A DNA stretch of 48,983 bases, from assembly GCA_008632985.1 (NCBI GenBank), contig QPGO01000240.1, positions 62,001-110,983 on the forward strand, in the 5' to 3' direction. This stretch comes from Psammoneis japonica. Taxonomy: Eukaryota. The number at the start of each line of letters is the position of its first letter. The first letter of the stretch is position 1. The notes under the pieces are model-generated. The model searched no databases. It had not been told where the DNA came from and saw only the letters and a program-made list of their open reading frames with translations. A program made the position numbers and the translations under genes. Of this stretch, positions 34,875 to 45,213 are shown one piece after another.

Positions 34875-35558
34875 ATGAAGACCAACTATCATGGAAATCG
34901 TAAAAAGCGTCAGCGTCATGCTGTGATTGGAATGGAACTAGTTCTTCGTCGCGGTTTAGAGCGAGAAACCATCGAAAACGGTCCGCCTGTACAAGGCGAG
35001 CCCGTCCAAGAGCTTACGGAACGCTTTCGTTATCCCGTAACTTTGAACGAGAAAGCCAAGGAACAGAAAGTTCCTGTCCGATGCAAGAAACGCCTCTTCT
35101 CCGAAGCACTGCTGGATTGCGATCCGATTCGTCCTCATGATTCGAACCCTACGTACGCCAACGAGAGAGCAATCGTGGAAGCTCTTCGCACCACGTTTGC
35201 TTGGGAAATTTCCCGTGATGAAGAGTTTTGCAAAGCTCGAGATGTTTTCCATTCCATGACGCGGTCGGGTCTTCGACAAGAATGCTGCGCTCTCGGATTC
35301 AAGTCAAGCAACCTAAGCAAGATCGCACTCACATCATTCCTTATGGGACAGATCGATGCGCGTTGGTCAGAAGCATATCTTTGCACGTTGACTACGGAAG
35401 AACTTTATACTGAATGTGGAAACTTGGGGATTTTGCCATCGGAGAGCAAGATTGCAACCGTTAAGCTCGTTTGCATGGCGGTGAAGTCCAGGGCGACACG
35501 ACTTGCATCTCCTCACGGTTTACCATGCTTCTCGAGTTTCGGCACGATTGCTACTTGA
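34875..35558 (+). CDS. Hypothetical protein with two possible SAP/HeH-like motifs
   Basis: Open frame from ATG 34875 containing MTRSGLRQECCALGFKSSNLSKIAL and LTTEELYTECGNLGILPSESKIAT. Confidence 0.5.
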   Translation: MKTNYHGNRKKRQRHAVIGMELVLRRGLERETIENGPPVQGEPVQELTERFRYPVTLNEKAKEQKVPVRCKKRLFSEALLDCDPIRPHDSNPTYANERAIVEALRTTFAWEISRDEEFCKARDVFHSMTRSGLRQECCALGFKSSNLSKIALTSFLMGQIDARWSEAYLCTLTTEELYTECGNLGILPSESKIATVKLVCMAVKSRATRLASPHGLPCFSSFGTIAT

Positions 35559-36474
35559 AAGCCGTCTCGAGATAATGAGAACAGGGTGATCAGTTTATCG
35601 TAAATGTTGTAAGAAAAGTGTGGTGAAGGAAAGCGTAAAGGATTGAGTAAAGCAATAGTTGAAAACAGTTTTAGAGACAGTCAGCAACACAAATTTCAGA
35701 AAGAAAGCGCCCTACCGCGACTGATCCACCATCTAGATACATACTAGGTGCTATCATTTTATTATTAACAATCCTAGTAGCTGAGTTTTCTGCAGCTCAG
35801 TGAATTCGATGAGATGGACTAGTTCACATTCATGACGCTGCTGCTGCACCAAAACGACTTGAAGCATCTTGAAAGATATCCACAGAGGTACAAAAACCCC
35901 GGCGGTGGCGGGATGCGTTGCAGAGACAAATGGTGCACGAATCATTTGCTGCGGTATGTTCCATCTGTATTCATGCATTCGATTAAAGCTGCCTTCTCCG
36001 CCCAATTTGAGCCTGCCAGATTGCTAGTAGAAGACTACTGGTCGTGTTCTCAATCTCGAAATCTCCGGATGTGATGAGAGACATCCATGCTAGAGTAGAG
36101 ATAGCTCAGTTCTAGAGATAGCTACCAAGCACCAGTAGCTCCACTAGAGTCCTTAGTTCTATTATTAAGCTAGCCACTACTCTCTAGAGCGAGCGAAAGT
36201 GATGTTTTTTCTAACCACTCCGGTAGGTATATATGTACCGCGCTTTTCAAGTCGTTTGTACGTCGATCTCCTCATGCGGTGAAATCCCCAGCGCTTCCAG
36301 AACATCTCGTGTCGTAGAATCAGTACGGATCCCTACGGCACGCTGGTTGCGACCTGCGACGACATCACGAGTGAAAAGATCGCGGGAAGCGCTGAAGGTT
36401 AGAGCGTTGCGTTATTAGTGTAGTTGTGATTCATCATCTTCTGAGATCGAAACAGTCAAGCTTTTGTCATCAAC

Positions 36475-37242
36475 ATGCCGGATCAACCAGAGATTGGTCG
36501 TTCATCCAAGATGATGGAGTTGCGGGAGAAGGCGGTGTCGCACTTGGAAGAAATGCTTGCTGTAAAGCAAGAGGAGTGTTCTATTCTAGAACAGCAGCTA
36601 TCCCTGCTGAGTAAGAATCATGTCAAGGACGAATTTATTCTTGATCCGTACGGCGAAGGCGGCAGTTACACGGGTCAAATCAAGGACGGAAAACCGACTG
36701 GAAAGGGTACCATGAAGTACCAAGACGACCGAGTCTACGTTGGAGAGTGGAGGGCCGGACAGTGGGATGGAAAAGGCCGTGTAGTCTTTGCCAATGGCGA
36801 TTCCTACGACGGCGAATACCGCTTTGATCAGAGGCATGGCCATGGTCGGTATGAATGGAATGACGGACGTGTGTACGACGGAGAGTTCTTCAACGACAAG
36901 AGACAAGGAGCCGGGGAGTTTTCTTGGCCAGATGGTGCGAAATATCTGGGCGAGTTTTTTGATGGGCAGAACTCAGGAAAAGGCCGCTACACCTTCTCGG
37001 ACGGGTCTGTTTATGATGGCGAATGGAAGCAAGGTGTGTTTCATGGTCTTGGGACATGCTCCTGGAGCGACGGAAGAGTGTACACTGGAGAGTGGCGCAT
37101 GGGAAAAGCTCATGGAATTGGAAAAGAAATCAATCCGGATGGAACGATTAGTCACGAAGGAGAGTGGGAATATGACGAGCCTGTTTCCGCATATAACGCT
37201 GACGATGATCACCATCACGAGGACGTGAATTTCAATGTGTGA
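36475..37242 (+). CDS. MORN-repeat protein with N-terminal coiled coil
   Basis: About seven 23-aa YxGEWxxGxxHGxGxxxWxDG repeats. Confidence 0.93.
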   Translation: MPDQPEIGRSSKMMELREKAVSHLEEMLAVKQEECSILEQQLSLLSKNHVKDEFILDPYGEGGSYTGQIKDGKPTGKGTMKYQDDRVYVGEWRAGQWDGKGRVVFANGDSYDGEYRFDQRHGHGRYEWNDGRVYDGEFFNDKRQGAGEFSWPDGAKYLGEFFDGQNSGKGRYTFSDGSVYDGEWKQGVFHGLGTCSWSDGRVYTGEWRMGKAHGIGKEINPDGTISHEGEWEYDEPVSAYNADDDHHHEDVNFNV

Positions 37243-37574
37243 AGTGATTTAGTCTGTTACCTCGAACCTTTTCTTGGTAGTTCGTGTTGTGGTCTATCTG
37301 AGTTGCTTTTGTTATTAATGCTCAAGTTAAGACCCATAGTTGTAATCGTTGTCTCATTCTGCAATGCATATTTTGAAATTAGCTCTAGCGTAGAGAAAAT
37401 GTGCATGGTGCTGTATGTTTCAGGCTGCTGATTTGTTGCTAGAGAGCTATCATCCTAACAACATACCATACCAACTGTATGGTGCGCTCTGGACTGGGAG
37501 TGTGGGCTAGTATCCTGCCGGAATTGCCGTGGCGTTGACGTACTAGCACTAAAATCACTGATTGTTTCCTCCTG

Positions 37575-37830
37575 ATCCTAGTCTAGCTAGAGTAGAGCCC
37601 GCTCTATCTACAGTATCTATCTATTTAATCGATCTCTCTAGAGTCTCTACTATACTCTCTCTCTCTCGTAGAGAGAGAGGGCCCTATCTATCTCTAATAG
37701 CTACTCTCTACCGGTAGAGTAGCTAGTAGCTACTAGTAGGGCCTACTCCTCTCTAGAGCTAGAGCTAGCTACTAGAGAGTAGAGTAGAGAGTAGCTACCG
37801 GTAGCTAGCTCAGTATGGAAGTAGCTTGCT
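37575..37830. repeat. CTAG/TAGAG/CTACT-rich low-complexity tract (similar tracts at ~36089-36190 and ~44762-44825)
   Basis: Dense TAG/CTA/AGAG/CTCT words, e.g. CTCTAGAGCTAGAGCTAGCTACTAGAGAGTAGAGTAGAG. Confidence 0.8.
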
Positions 37831-38139
37831 ACTCAGCTCATCGTCTCGCTCAAAACAGATAGATCAATAAATCACAAGTGCCTAATTGAGAAATCGGTCT
37901 TGATGATATCACGATTGATTTATTCCCACACGATTTTATCCAATGAACATCAAAGAATGAAGACAAGATGAGAAGATTCGATGACCGACGGCCAACAACA
38001 CGACGACGACTCTTTCACGCAGTCGTAAAACTCGCACACAACAAATTTCGAGCGGCCGCAACGCAGGACGCAGGAGCTTACATTGAGCGAGAGGCCACTA
38101 CGGTTCTGCTCTGTGGTGGAGGGCGTTGTCTGGTAGACG

Positions 38140-41100
38140 ATGAATTCAACTAATGGATTAACAAACGGCAATGCGGTGGGATCACGTCCTCGTACCCATA
38201 GCGGCGGTGGCATGCAGCTTGATATGCAGCCGAACCGATTGTATGGCCGAACCAAAGAACTGAAGCTTCTTTACCAACTTGCGGGCGGAGAACAGTCAGC
38301 AGTCTTGAGCAAAGATCACGTCAAGACAAAAATATGTCTCGTGCGAGGTAGTTCCGGAACAGGAAAGACAAGTCTAGTGCTAGAGTATGCTCGTTCGTCT
38401 CTTTCCGACGTTTACTTTCTTCAGGGAAAGTACGATCAGTTTACAGGAGTCACTTCTCCCTATTCTGCAATCATTGCGGCATTCAACCAACTAGGTTGTA
38501 TTCTTCAACCGGAGCATGAAATTCTCATGAAGGACTGTTTCAGATTTGAGTCGGGCATTCTCACGAAATTGATACCATCTTTTGCAAAATTCGATACCGA
38601 TGAAAAGGATTCCACTGGAGTGGATGCTTCACTTGTGCTTGCATCTGAGCGGTTAGCAGTAGCATTCTTGTCTTTTCTCAAGGCCTTTTGTTCCAAATGC
38701 CAGCCGATCGCTCTCTTTATGGATGATTTACAGTGGATGGATCCACATTCTTCCTCCCTTTTGAGAGTCATTCTCAACAATGACGAGTTGCAAAACTTTT
38801 TGTTTCTGGCTGGCTTTCGGGATGACAATACTTCATTGGTCGTTGACCCGTTCCTGGACTCCATCCCGCGTCCGACGGTGGACATTCATCTTGACAACCT
38901 AGGCTTGGAAGCGGTCAGTGAACTACTGGCAGGTTTATTGCACCGCAGCGAAGAAGAACTTGATACCTTGGCAACTCTTGTGTTTCGCAAAACCGCAGGA
39001 AATCCTTATTTTGTCATTCAACAATTGCAAAATTTGCATTCTCAGAAACTCCTTGTTTACAACTTTGCCAGCAACAAATGGGAATGGAACATGGACGACG
39101 TGATTGGTGCAACCGACTTGTCGAAAAATGTAGTGGATGTCGTGTCATCCCGCATTCGAGCCTTGCCCGAGAGTGTCCTGCGTCTCTTGAAACTTATAGC
39201 GTGTCTAGGGTATTCTGTGGATAGGGCCGTTTTGCAATCATTGGATTCCCTTCATGGATTGAGGGAGGATATGAATGGGTTTCCTGGTAGCAATCAAGAA
39301 GAAAAGACATCGTATGCTCGAACGTTTGAGGATGTCGTTTCCTTTGCAGTGGCAGAGGATTTGTTGGAATGTGCCGGTCCATTCCTAAAGTTTTCACACG
39401 ATCGCATACATCAGTGTGTGAGTGTTGTTCGTTCTCTACTTGTAGGCTGCGCGTGTTTGAATCACTTGCACTTACTATTCTTATTATTTGCTACTCTCCG
39501 GAAGGTCTATGAACTGATTGAACCTGGGACTGTTCGAAACACACTTCATTACGCGATCGGTAGACATCTGAGGACGATATGCCGTGAGAATGCTAACGAT
39601 CGGTTTCTCCTCCTAGCGGTCGATCAGCTGAATCGGGCGTCCTCCTTGGTTAAATCGGATGAAGAGCGCATCTCCTTGATTGAATTCAACTCGGAAGCGG
39701 CTCTCGTTGCCAAACGAATGGCTGGTATCGAGAACGTGGCTACATTTTTGCGGAAGGCAACCGAACTGGTCAGACCAGATTTCTGGCGATTCTATTACGA
39801 CTTGGTCTTGGACGTCTACACTCGTTCGGCGGAAGTGGAGTTCTCGCTGGGTCGACACGAAGTTAGTGATCAGATTATTGAAACAATTCTGGATAATGCT
39901 ACGTGTGACAGAGATACCGTTCGAGCGCTAGTCGTTAGATTCCAAACATTTGGACACCAACGACAATTTGCAAAGGCAATCAAAGAAGGGTGCAACATTT
40001 TGAAGCTAGTCGGCGATCCATTGCCCTCCTTAACGCTACCGAATGTCATTTTTGAATACTGGAAAGCAAAGAAGGAAACAAAACACAAACGAGACGAATT
40101 CTTCATGAATCTCCCTCCGTCCAAGTCAGAGAATATTCAGATTGCCTTGAAGATTCTTTACATTGGTTCGATCTACGGCTGGAACTCTGGTGCGGCAACG
40201 TTTTCCGGGATGGCCTTCCTCAGGTCAATGCGAATCACGGTGAGGGAAGGGTCGTGCGAGGGGACACCATATATTTATTCTGGCTTTGCGTTCATGCTCG
40301 CCGAACTGGGAAGTAGCAAGGAGGCCTTCCGCTTTGCACAACTTGCGATCGCAAAAGGCAACGAGCATAAAGAGGGCTTTCCGGGGTCCTGTCCTTTGAC
40401 CTATCTCAATGTGATGCACTGGCAGAAGCCCATCAGTGTTGGACTTGAGCCACTTTTATCAGGCTACCGCACTGGGCTTGAGACAGGGGATCTCTTCTTT
40501 GGTACCATCTGTATAAGTTGTTATGCTTTGGTTTACTTTTCCTGTGGCTTGCCTCTTGATCCATTTGCTACCGATATGCGCAGTTTTGGAGGACAGCTCA
40601 GGATCTGTCGGCAGGATGTTCCGTTGTCGTTTATTGCACCAGTTTATCAGTTCGCGTTGAATTTGCTTGGCAAAAGTGACAACTCTGTCGATCTATCTCG
40701 TGATTCAATCATGCGACACCAGGCGGAATTCTTCACGGAGCGCATGCTTGACGATGAGAAGGATGCTCCGTTTTTGTTCATGCAGTACCTACAGCTCTTC
40801 AATGCTTACATTCTCGAAGAGTTTTCGCTGGTAGAGAGTACATTTAAGCGCATTACAAAAATCTCACCCCGTCGGCTTGGTGGCACTCACATCATGAACT
40901 ACTTCTTTGCTCTCGTGGATGGGATTGCCGGGTTGGCTCTCTACAAGCACAACAAAAGCAAGACTGGCATTCGTGAGGCCAAGAAAGCAATCGCAGAGCT
41001 GACGAAAATGACAAAGACGCGCCCTGTCAATAGTATCTCGTTACTCAAGTTGCTTCAGGCCGAGCAAGCTACTTTAACGCAGTCTGTCGACAAGGTCAGG

Positions 41101-41457
41101 CCGATGTTTGACGAGGTTATCAAGTTCTTTTCTCGAAGTGGCCTCGTTCACTACAACGCGGTCGCTAATGAACTCGTAGGAAAGTTCATGCTCCAACACA
41201 ACGATAAGGACTGGGCCACGCATTATTTCAAACGGGCTTGCTTCCTTTACTCGGACTGGAATGCAAATGTCAAAGTCGACATGATAGTAGCTCGATATCC
41301 TTCTTTACGTCCACCGCCTATGTCGTCAAGATCGTCTGCGCGAAGATCAATTCAGGGGAAATCTCGGTATGATGGAATGAGAGACTCCTTGCAGAGCTCG
41401 TTGCGAAAAATGTCTGTGAGTAGCTCTCCTTCTTCACGATTGATGGACACGTCGTAG
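38140..41457 (+). CDS. STAND/AAA_16-type ATPase with helical (TPR-like) C-terminus, similar to the ATPase module of bacterial multi-sensor kinases; in-frame intron 39418-39504
   Basis: LYGRTKE, Walker A GSSGTGKT, GKYDQ, Walker B LFMDDLQW, KTAGNPYF, FSHDRIHQ and AVDQLN. An 87-nt stop-free intron runs GTGAGT...GAAG. Confidence 0.88.
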   Translation: MNSTNGLTNGNAVGSRPRTHSGGGMQLDMQPNRLYGRTKELKLLYQLAGGEQSAVLSKDHVKTKICLVRGSSGTGKTSLVLEYARSSLSDVYFLQGKYDQFTGVTSPYSAIIAAFNQLGCILQPEHEILMKDCFRFESGILTKLIPSFAKFDTDEKDSTGVDASLVLASERLAVAFLSFLKAFCSKCQPIALFMDDLQWMDPHSSSLLRVILNNDELQNFLFLAGFRDDNTSLVVDPFLDSIPRPTVDIHLDNLGLEAVSELLAGLLHRSEEELDTLATLVFRKTAGNPYFVIQQLQNLHSQKLLVYNFASNKWEWNMDDVIGATDLSKNVVDVVSSRIRALPESVLRLLKLIACLGYSVDRAVLQSLDSLHGLREDMNGFPGSNQEEKTSYARTFEDVVSFAVAEDLLECAGPFLKFSHDRIHQCVSVVRSLLVGCACLNHLHLLFLLFATLRKVYELIEPGTVRNTLHYAIGRHLRTICRENANDRFLLLAVDQLNRASSLVKSDEERISLIEFNSEAALVAKRMAGIENVATFLRKATELVRPDFWRFYYDLVLDVYTRSAEVEFSLGRHEVSDQIIETILDNATCDRDTVRALVVRFQTFGHQRQFAKAIKEGCNILKLVGDPLPSLTLPNVIFEYWKAKKETKHKRDEFFMNLPPSKSENIQIALKILYIGSIYGWNSGAATFSGMAFLRSMRITVREGSCEGTPYIYSGFAFMLAELGSSKEAFRFAQLAIAKGNEHKEGFPGSCPLTYLNVMHWQKPISVGLEPLLSGYRTGLETGDLFFGTICISCYALVYFSCGLPLDPFATDMRSFGGQLRICRQDVPLSFIAPVYQFALNLLGKSDNSVDLSRDSIMRHQAEFFTERMLDDEKDAPFLFMQYLQLFNAYILEEFSLVESTFKRITKISPRRLGGTHIMNYFFALVDGIAGLALYKHNKSKTGIREAKKAIAELTKMTKTRPVNSISLLKLLQAEQATLTQSVDKVRPMFDEVIKFFSRSGLVHYNAVANELVGKFMLQHNDKDWATHYFKRACFLYSDWNANVKVDMIVARYPSLRPPPMSSRSSARRSIQGKSRYDGMRDSLQSSLRKMSVSSSPSSRLMDTS

Positions 41458-41870
41458 GTGCGTCAGAGATACGGAAGCCCCTGTAGCATGACAGAAAGAT
41501 TCAAGGCTCCTCGCGCGCGAAGTTTGCCGGTCGGTAACTCATTTTGTTCGTCAAAATCTTAAGATGCGCGATGCGTTAATGTGGACTAGTGTACGAGGTG
41601 CTCTAGGTAGAAAACTTTTGAGCAGAGGAAGTATCGAATAGTGAAGAAGACGAGAGATGCGCTGCAATCACTTCTAATTCTACGGAAGTTCAAGGTAGAT
41701 GGTCTGGACGTTCGAGTTCATTCGCCATGCAAATATGAACGTGTCTCCTCATTCTTTGCGACAGAGTCCAATGACTAGCTATGGTCTTTACCGTGGGCAA
41801 CGAGAGTTAAAGTACTTGAATAAAACGAAAGCGCCACTGTCATTGTAAAAGGTCTACCGGTAATAGAGTA

Positions 41871-41926
41871 GACACATTTCACATTATTTTGCGTTTTGGA
41901 CACATTTCACATTATTTTGCGTTTTG
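41871..41926. repeat. Perfect 28-bp tandem duplication
   Basis: GACACATTTCACATTATTTTGCGTTTTG occurs twice in tandem. Confidence 0.95.
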
Positions 41927-42079
41927 CTTTTCAGATAGAGTCGAACGAGTCGTCGTTTCTGTCGCGAAATTTTCGAGCCTTCGCGCGATCGACAACGCCA
42001 TGATGAATGAGCATGTTTAATGTCGCAAAAAAGTGCCGGCAGCCAAGAAAGAGAAAGAGAACGTCTCGGGACAACTTGA

Positions 42080-44084
42080 ATGCGAAGAGAGAAGCAGATG
42101 AGTGCAGAGGTTTCAATCGAGAATGAGGAAAACCTATCTTCCGGCATGGATGCTGTAGGCCACAAAAATGAGCCTTGGTGGCTAATAAGAAAGCCCTTGT
42201 GGGTCGTCCTGCAGCAGGAACAACGTGAGCAAGCGCTAGAAGGGAGTGTTGGCAATGTCAAGCGGCACTTGACTTTATGGGATCTTGTTTCGGTTGGCGT
42301 TGGGGGGACGATTGGCTCAGGTATATTTGTACTGTCTGGATTTATCGCGCATAACTACGCTGGGCCTGCCACTGCTTTGTCGTTTGCAATTGCCGGATTG
42401 GCAGGTTGTTGTAGCGGCGTTTCCTATGCAGAATTGGCAGGGCAGATACCTGGTGCCGGTTCCACGTATGTATACGCCTATGTCGGTATGGGTGAGCTAC
42501 CTGCTGTTTTGGCTGCGGCTTGTCTCACGTTGGAATACGCAGTTTCTGGTGCAGCTGTCGCGCGGAGCTGGGGCGATAAGGTCACAGAGTGGCTTGTACA
42601 AGACTTCAATATGGAATGGATCACGGCTTATTTGAAGCCTGGGGGCGGTGTAATCAACCCCATGGCTTCTATAGTATCCGCTACCTCTGTACTACTACTT
42701 CTCGATGGTATCCAAGAGAGCAAACGAGTTACGAATTTCTTCACAGTTACCAAGGTTGCCCTTGTCATCTTTATGCTGGTAGGAGGCATTTGGTTAACAG
42801 ACACAGCCAACTTGATACCTTTTGCTCCTTTCGGCGCGAGTGGGGTGTTGCGTGGTGCCACATCGTCCTTTTTTGGGTACATTGGTTTTGATGAAGTGTG
42901 CTGCATTGCCGGCGAAGCTCTTCACCCACAACGTGATATGCCCCGCGCTGTTTTGCTAACACTCGGGATTGTAACCTTACTTTACGTTTCAGCTGCTTTG
43001 GCGCTGACTGGGATGCAACCATACCATAGTCTAAGTGAAACGAGTCCATTTCCTGCAGCTTTTCGGTCCAATGGAATTGAGTGGGCGGCTCAAATAACAG
43101 CGGTGGGTTCGTGCTGATTCAATCTTTTGAACGACAAGCTTTCTTTGTTCATTCGTATCGAGTGCGACTCAATGTGTCCACATCTCTTCATACTTGCAGG
43201 CTGGAGAGGTCCTTACATTTCCTGTCGTTGTTTTGATTTCGCTCATGGCGCAGCCTCGGCTGCAGTTGGCACTGGCTCAAGATGGGCTGCTTCCCGATGT
43301 TTTTGGGAACGTTGATGAATCGGGGAACTTGCGTTCAGGTGTGCTTATCTCAGGAATCACAATGACAATTGTTGCAACCTTTGTTCCGTTTGGATACTTG
43401 GACGATCTAATTTCGTCGGGCATTCTTTTTGCATTCTCCATGACAAACACGTGTTTAGTACTGATGAGATGCGAGGCGCCGGCTTGTGCTCCGCGACATA
43501 CACCCCAGTTGCACCGTCGTCTTGGACCTGTTCTCTCGATGTACAATGTCCTTTGCTTTGTCTCAGGTCTCTTCATGAGTCACCTCTACGATGTTTCGGC
43601 TGTGTGGGCGGCACTCTCCATAATCATTTGTTGCGCGTGTGGTGCAATGGTGTTCTACATTGCGGCGGCCTTCCCCAAGAGCGTTAATTTTGGAGGCTCC
43701 ATGATGCGTGGACATCATCTCCCAGATCATGAAGCCGTCTCCTTCAAGACACCATTGGTGCCATATCTCCCGTGTCTTGGGATTTACATAAACTGGTACT
43801 TGATTGCGCAGCTTGAGGTATTGGGGTTGCTCCTGTTGGCATTGTATCTATCCGTGGCGGCGTTACTGTATGTGTGTTTTCGTGGCAAGCATAGTGTAGG
43901 TAACATGACTGGTTGGCGTATTAATGATGTGACTGCATACGAAACCGTCAGGGATGCGGAGATTGACGACGAGGATCAAGCTATACTGGAACGCACGATA
44001 TCTCTACACGAGTATCGCACGAAAGGAAAGGCCAAACTCTTGGGCACAACCACGCAGCTTGAAAGTGTCGTACAAGTAGCTTGA
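42080..44084 (+). CDS. Cationic amino-acid transporter (APC/CAT family); intron 43103-43199; start may be ATG 42098
   Basis: GVGGTIGSGIFVL, YAELAGQIPGAGSTYVY, FFGYIGFD, AQPRLQLALAQDGLLP, FKTPLVPYLP, and many TM helices. Confidence 0.94.
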
Positions 44085-44339
44085 AACAAGATTGCTCGAA
44101 TATCTACGGATCGTGCAAATGAAGTACTCTTGTGTACGTTATCTCGACGACTCACAAGTAACCATTCGTTGCTCTTCTTCCTGCTGGCTTCTTTCCGGTG
44201 CCGTGTATTGCAGGGGTTCCTGACGCCTGCTTACGTATGCAACGATATTGGAGCATCGTCACTAGTTGAAGGCCTCGATGATCTGCCGAGCCCTTGCGTC
44301 TGGGAAGCTTCCCCAGGTTTGAACGAGATCTATGGGAGA

Positions 44340-44700
44340 AAAACAGCTACAACTGCCCTCTGAAGCTTGGTCAATTGACTGCTTCTTGACAGCCATCTGC
44401 AATCACAAAACCCATGTAGATTGGACGGAGCAGTTCCAAGTAAGACAGGAACACTGACTGCCTTGAAAGAGCTTTAACAAATCTTGAAGAATTTGGCCCG
44501 CAAAGGCTCAATTCCGTCAGAACTGGGATTGGTGAAACGACATTGAAAGAACTGGATCTCTCTTAGAATCAATTCACAGGAAATATTATTTGTACCGAGT
44601 TGAGACTGGTGACGCGCTTACTGTAATCTACTTGGATATTGGTGGAATCGACATCTCGGAGAACTTGAAAGAATGCCAATTCTATCAACAATCCCGGGTT
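44340..44700 (+). pseudogene. Degenerate leucine-rich-repeat gene fragment
   Basis: Frameshifted GSIPSELGLV/TTLKELDLS*NQFTG starting at 44505, with LPSE..GQLT- and TELRLVT-like pieces nearby. Boundaries approximate. Confidence 0.55.
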
Positions 44701-45213
44701 CCTTTCTTTCTAGAGGAGCGACATTGACGACACGCTGAGTGATCTCCATGGAAAACAATAGTTTAGACTCTACTGTAGCTACTCTAGAGTAGTAGCTACT
44801 CTCTTCTCTACTCTAGAGTAGAGAGGGTAAGTTCTCAAGACCGCTCTACTGTAGGTCCACAGGGTAGGCCTACCCAAGGATTTATAACTTCATTGCAATT
44901 ATTGACTTATAAATCCTTGGGCCTACCGTACTGTAATGCCAGCATTTGAGCATGTAATGTATCATACCGCCATGTTTAGGAGCGGAGTCATCTTGTGGTC
45001 ATTGTGGAATCGTTTTTAATAGTGCCCTCTTCTTCAAGTCATTCATCTGCACTGCTGCTGTAATGTAACCTGACCGGGTGACCGGAATGACCGATCCGAT
45101 CCTTCTATTCGCGACTCATTTTTTTTCTTGGCTGAACACCAGGATGGGCGACCGAAAAGGGAACGTAGAATGGCAGTGTTATTTTGAATCAATAGAGTGA
45201 ACACTGCGATAGG

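Noticed and set aside
35754..36418. Short ORFs between the SAP-like and MORN genes
   Set aside because: No recognisable motifs or convincing splice structure.
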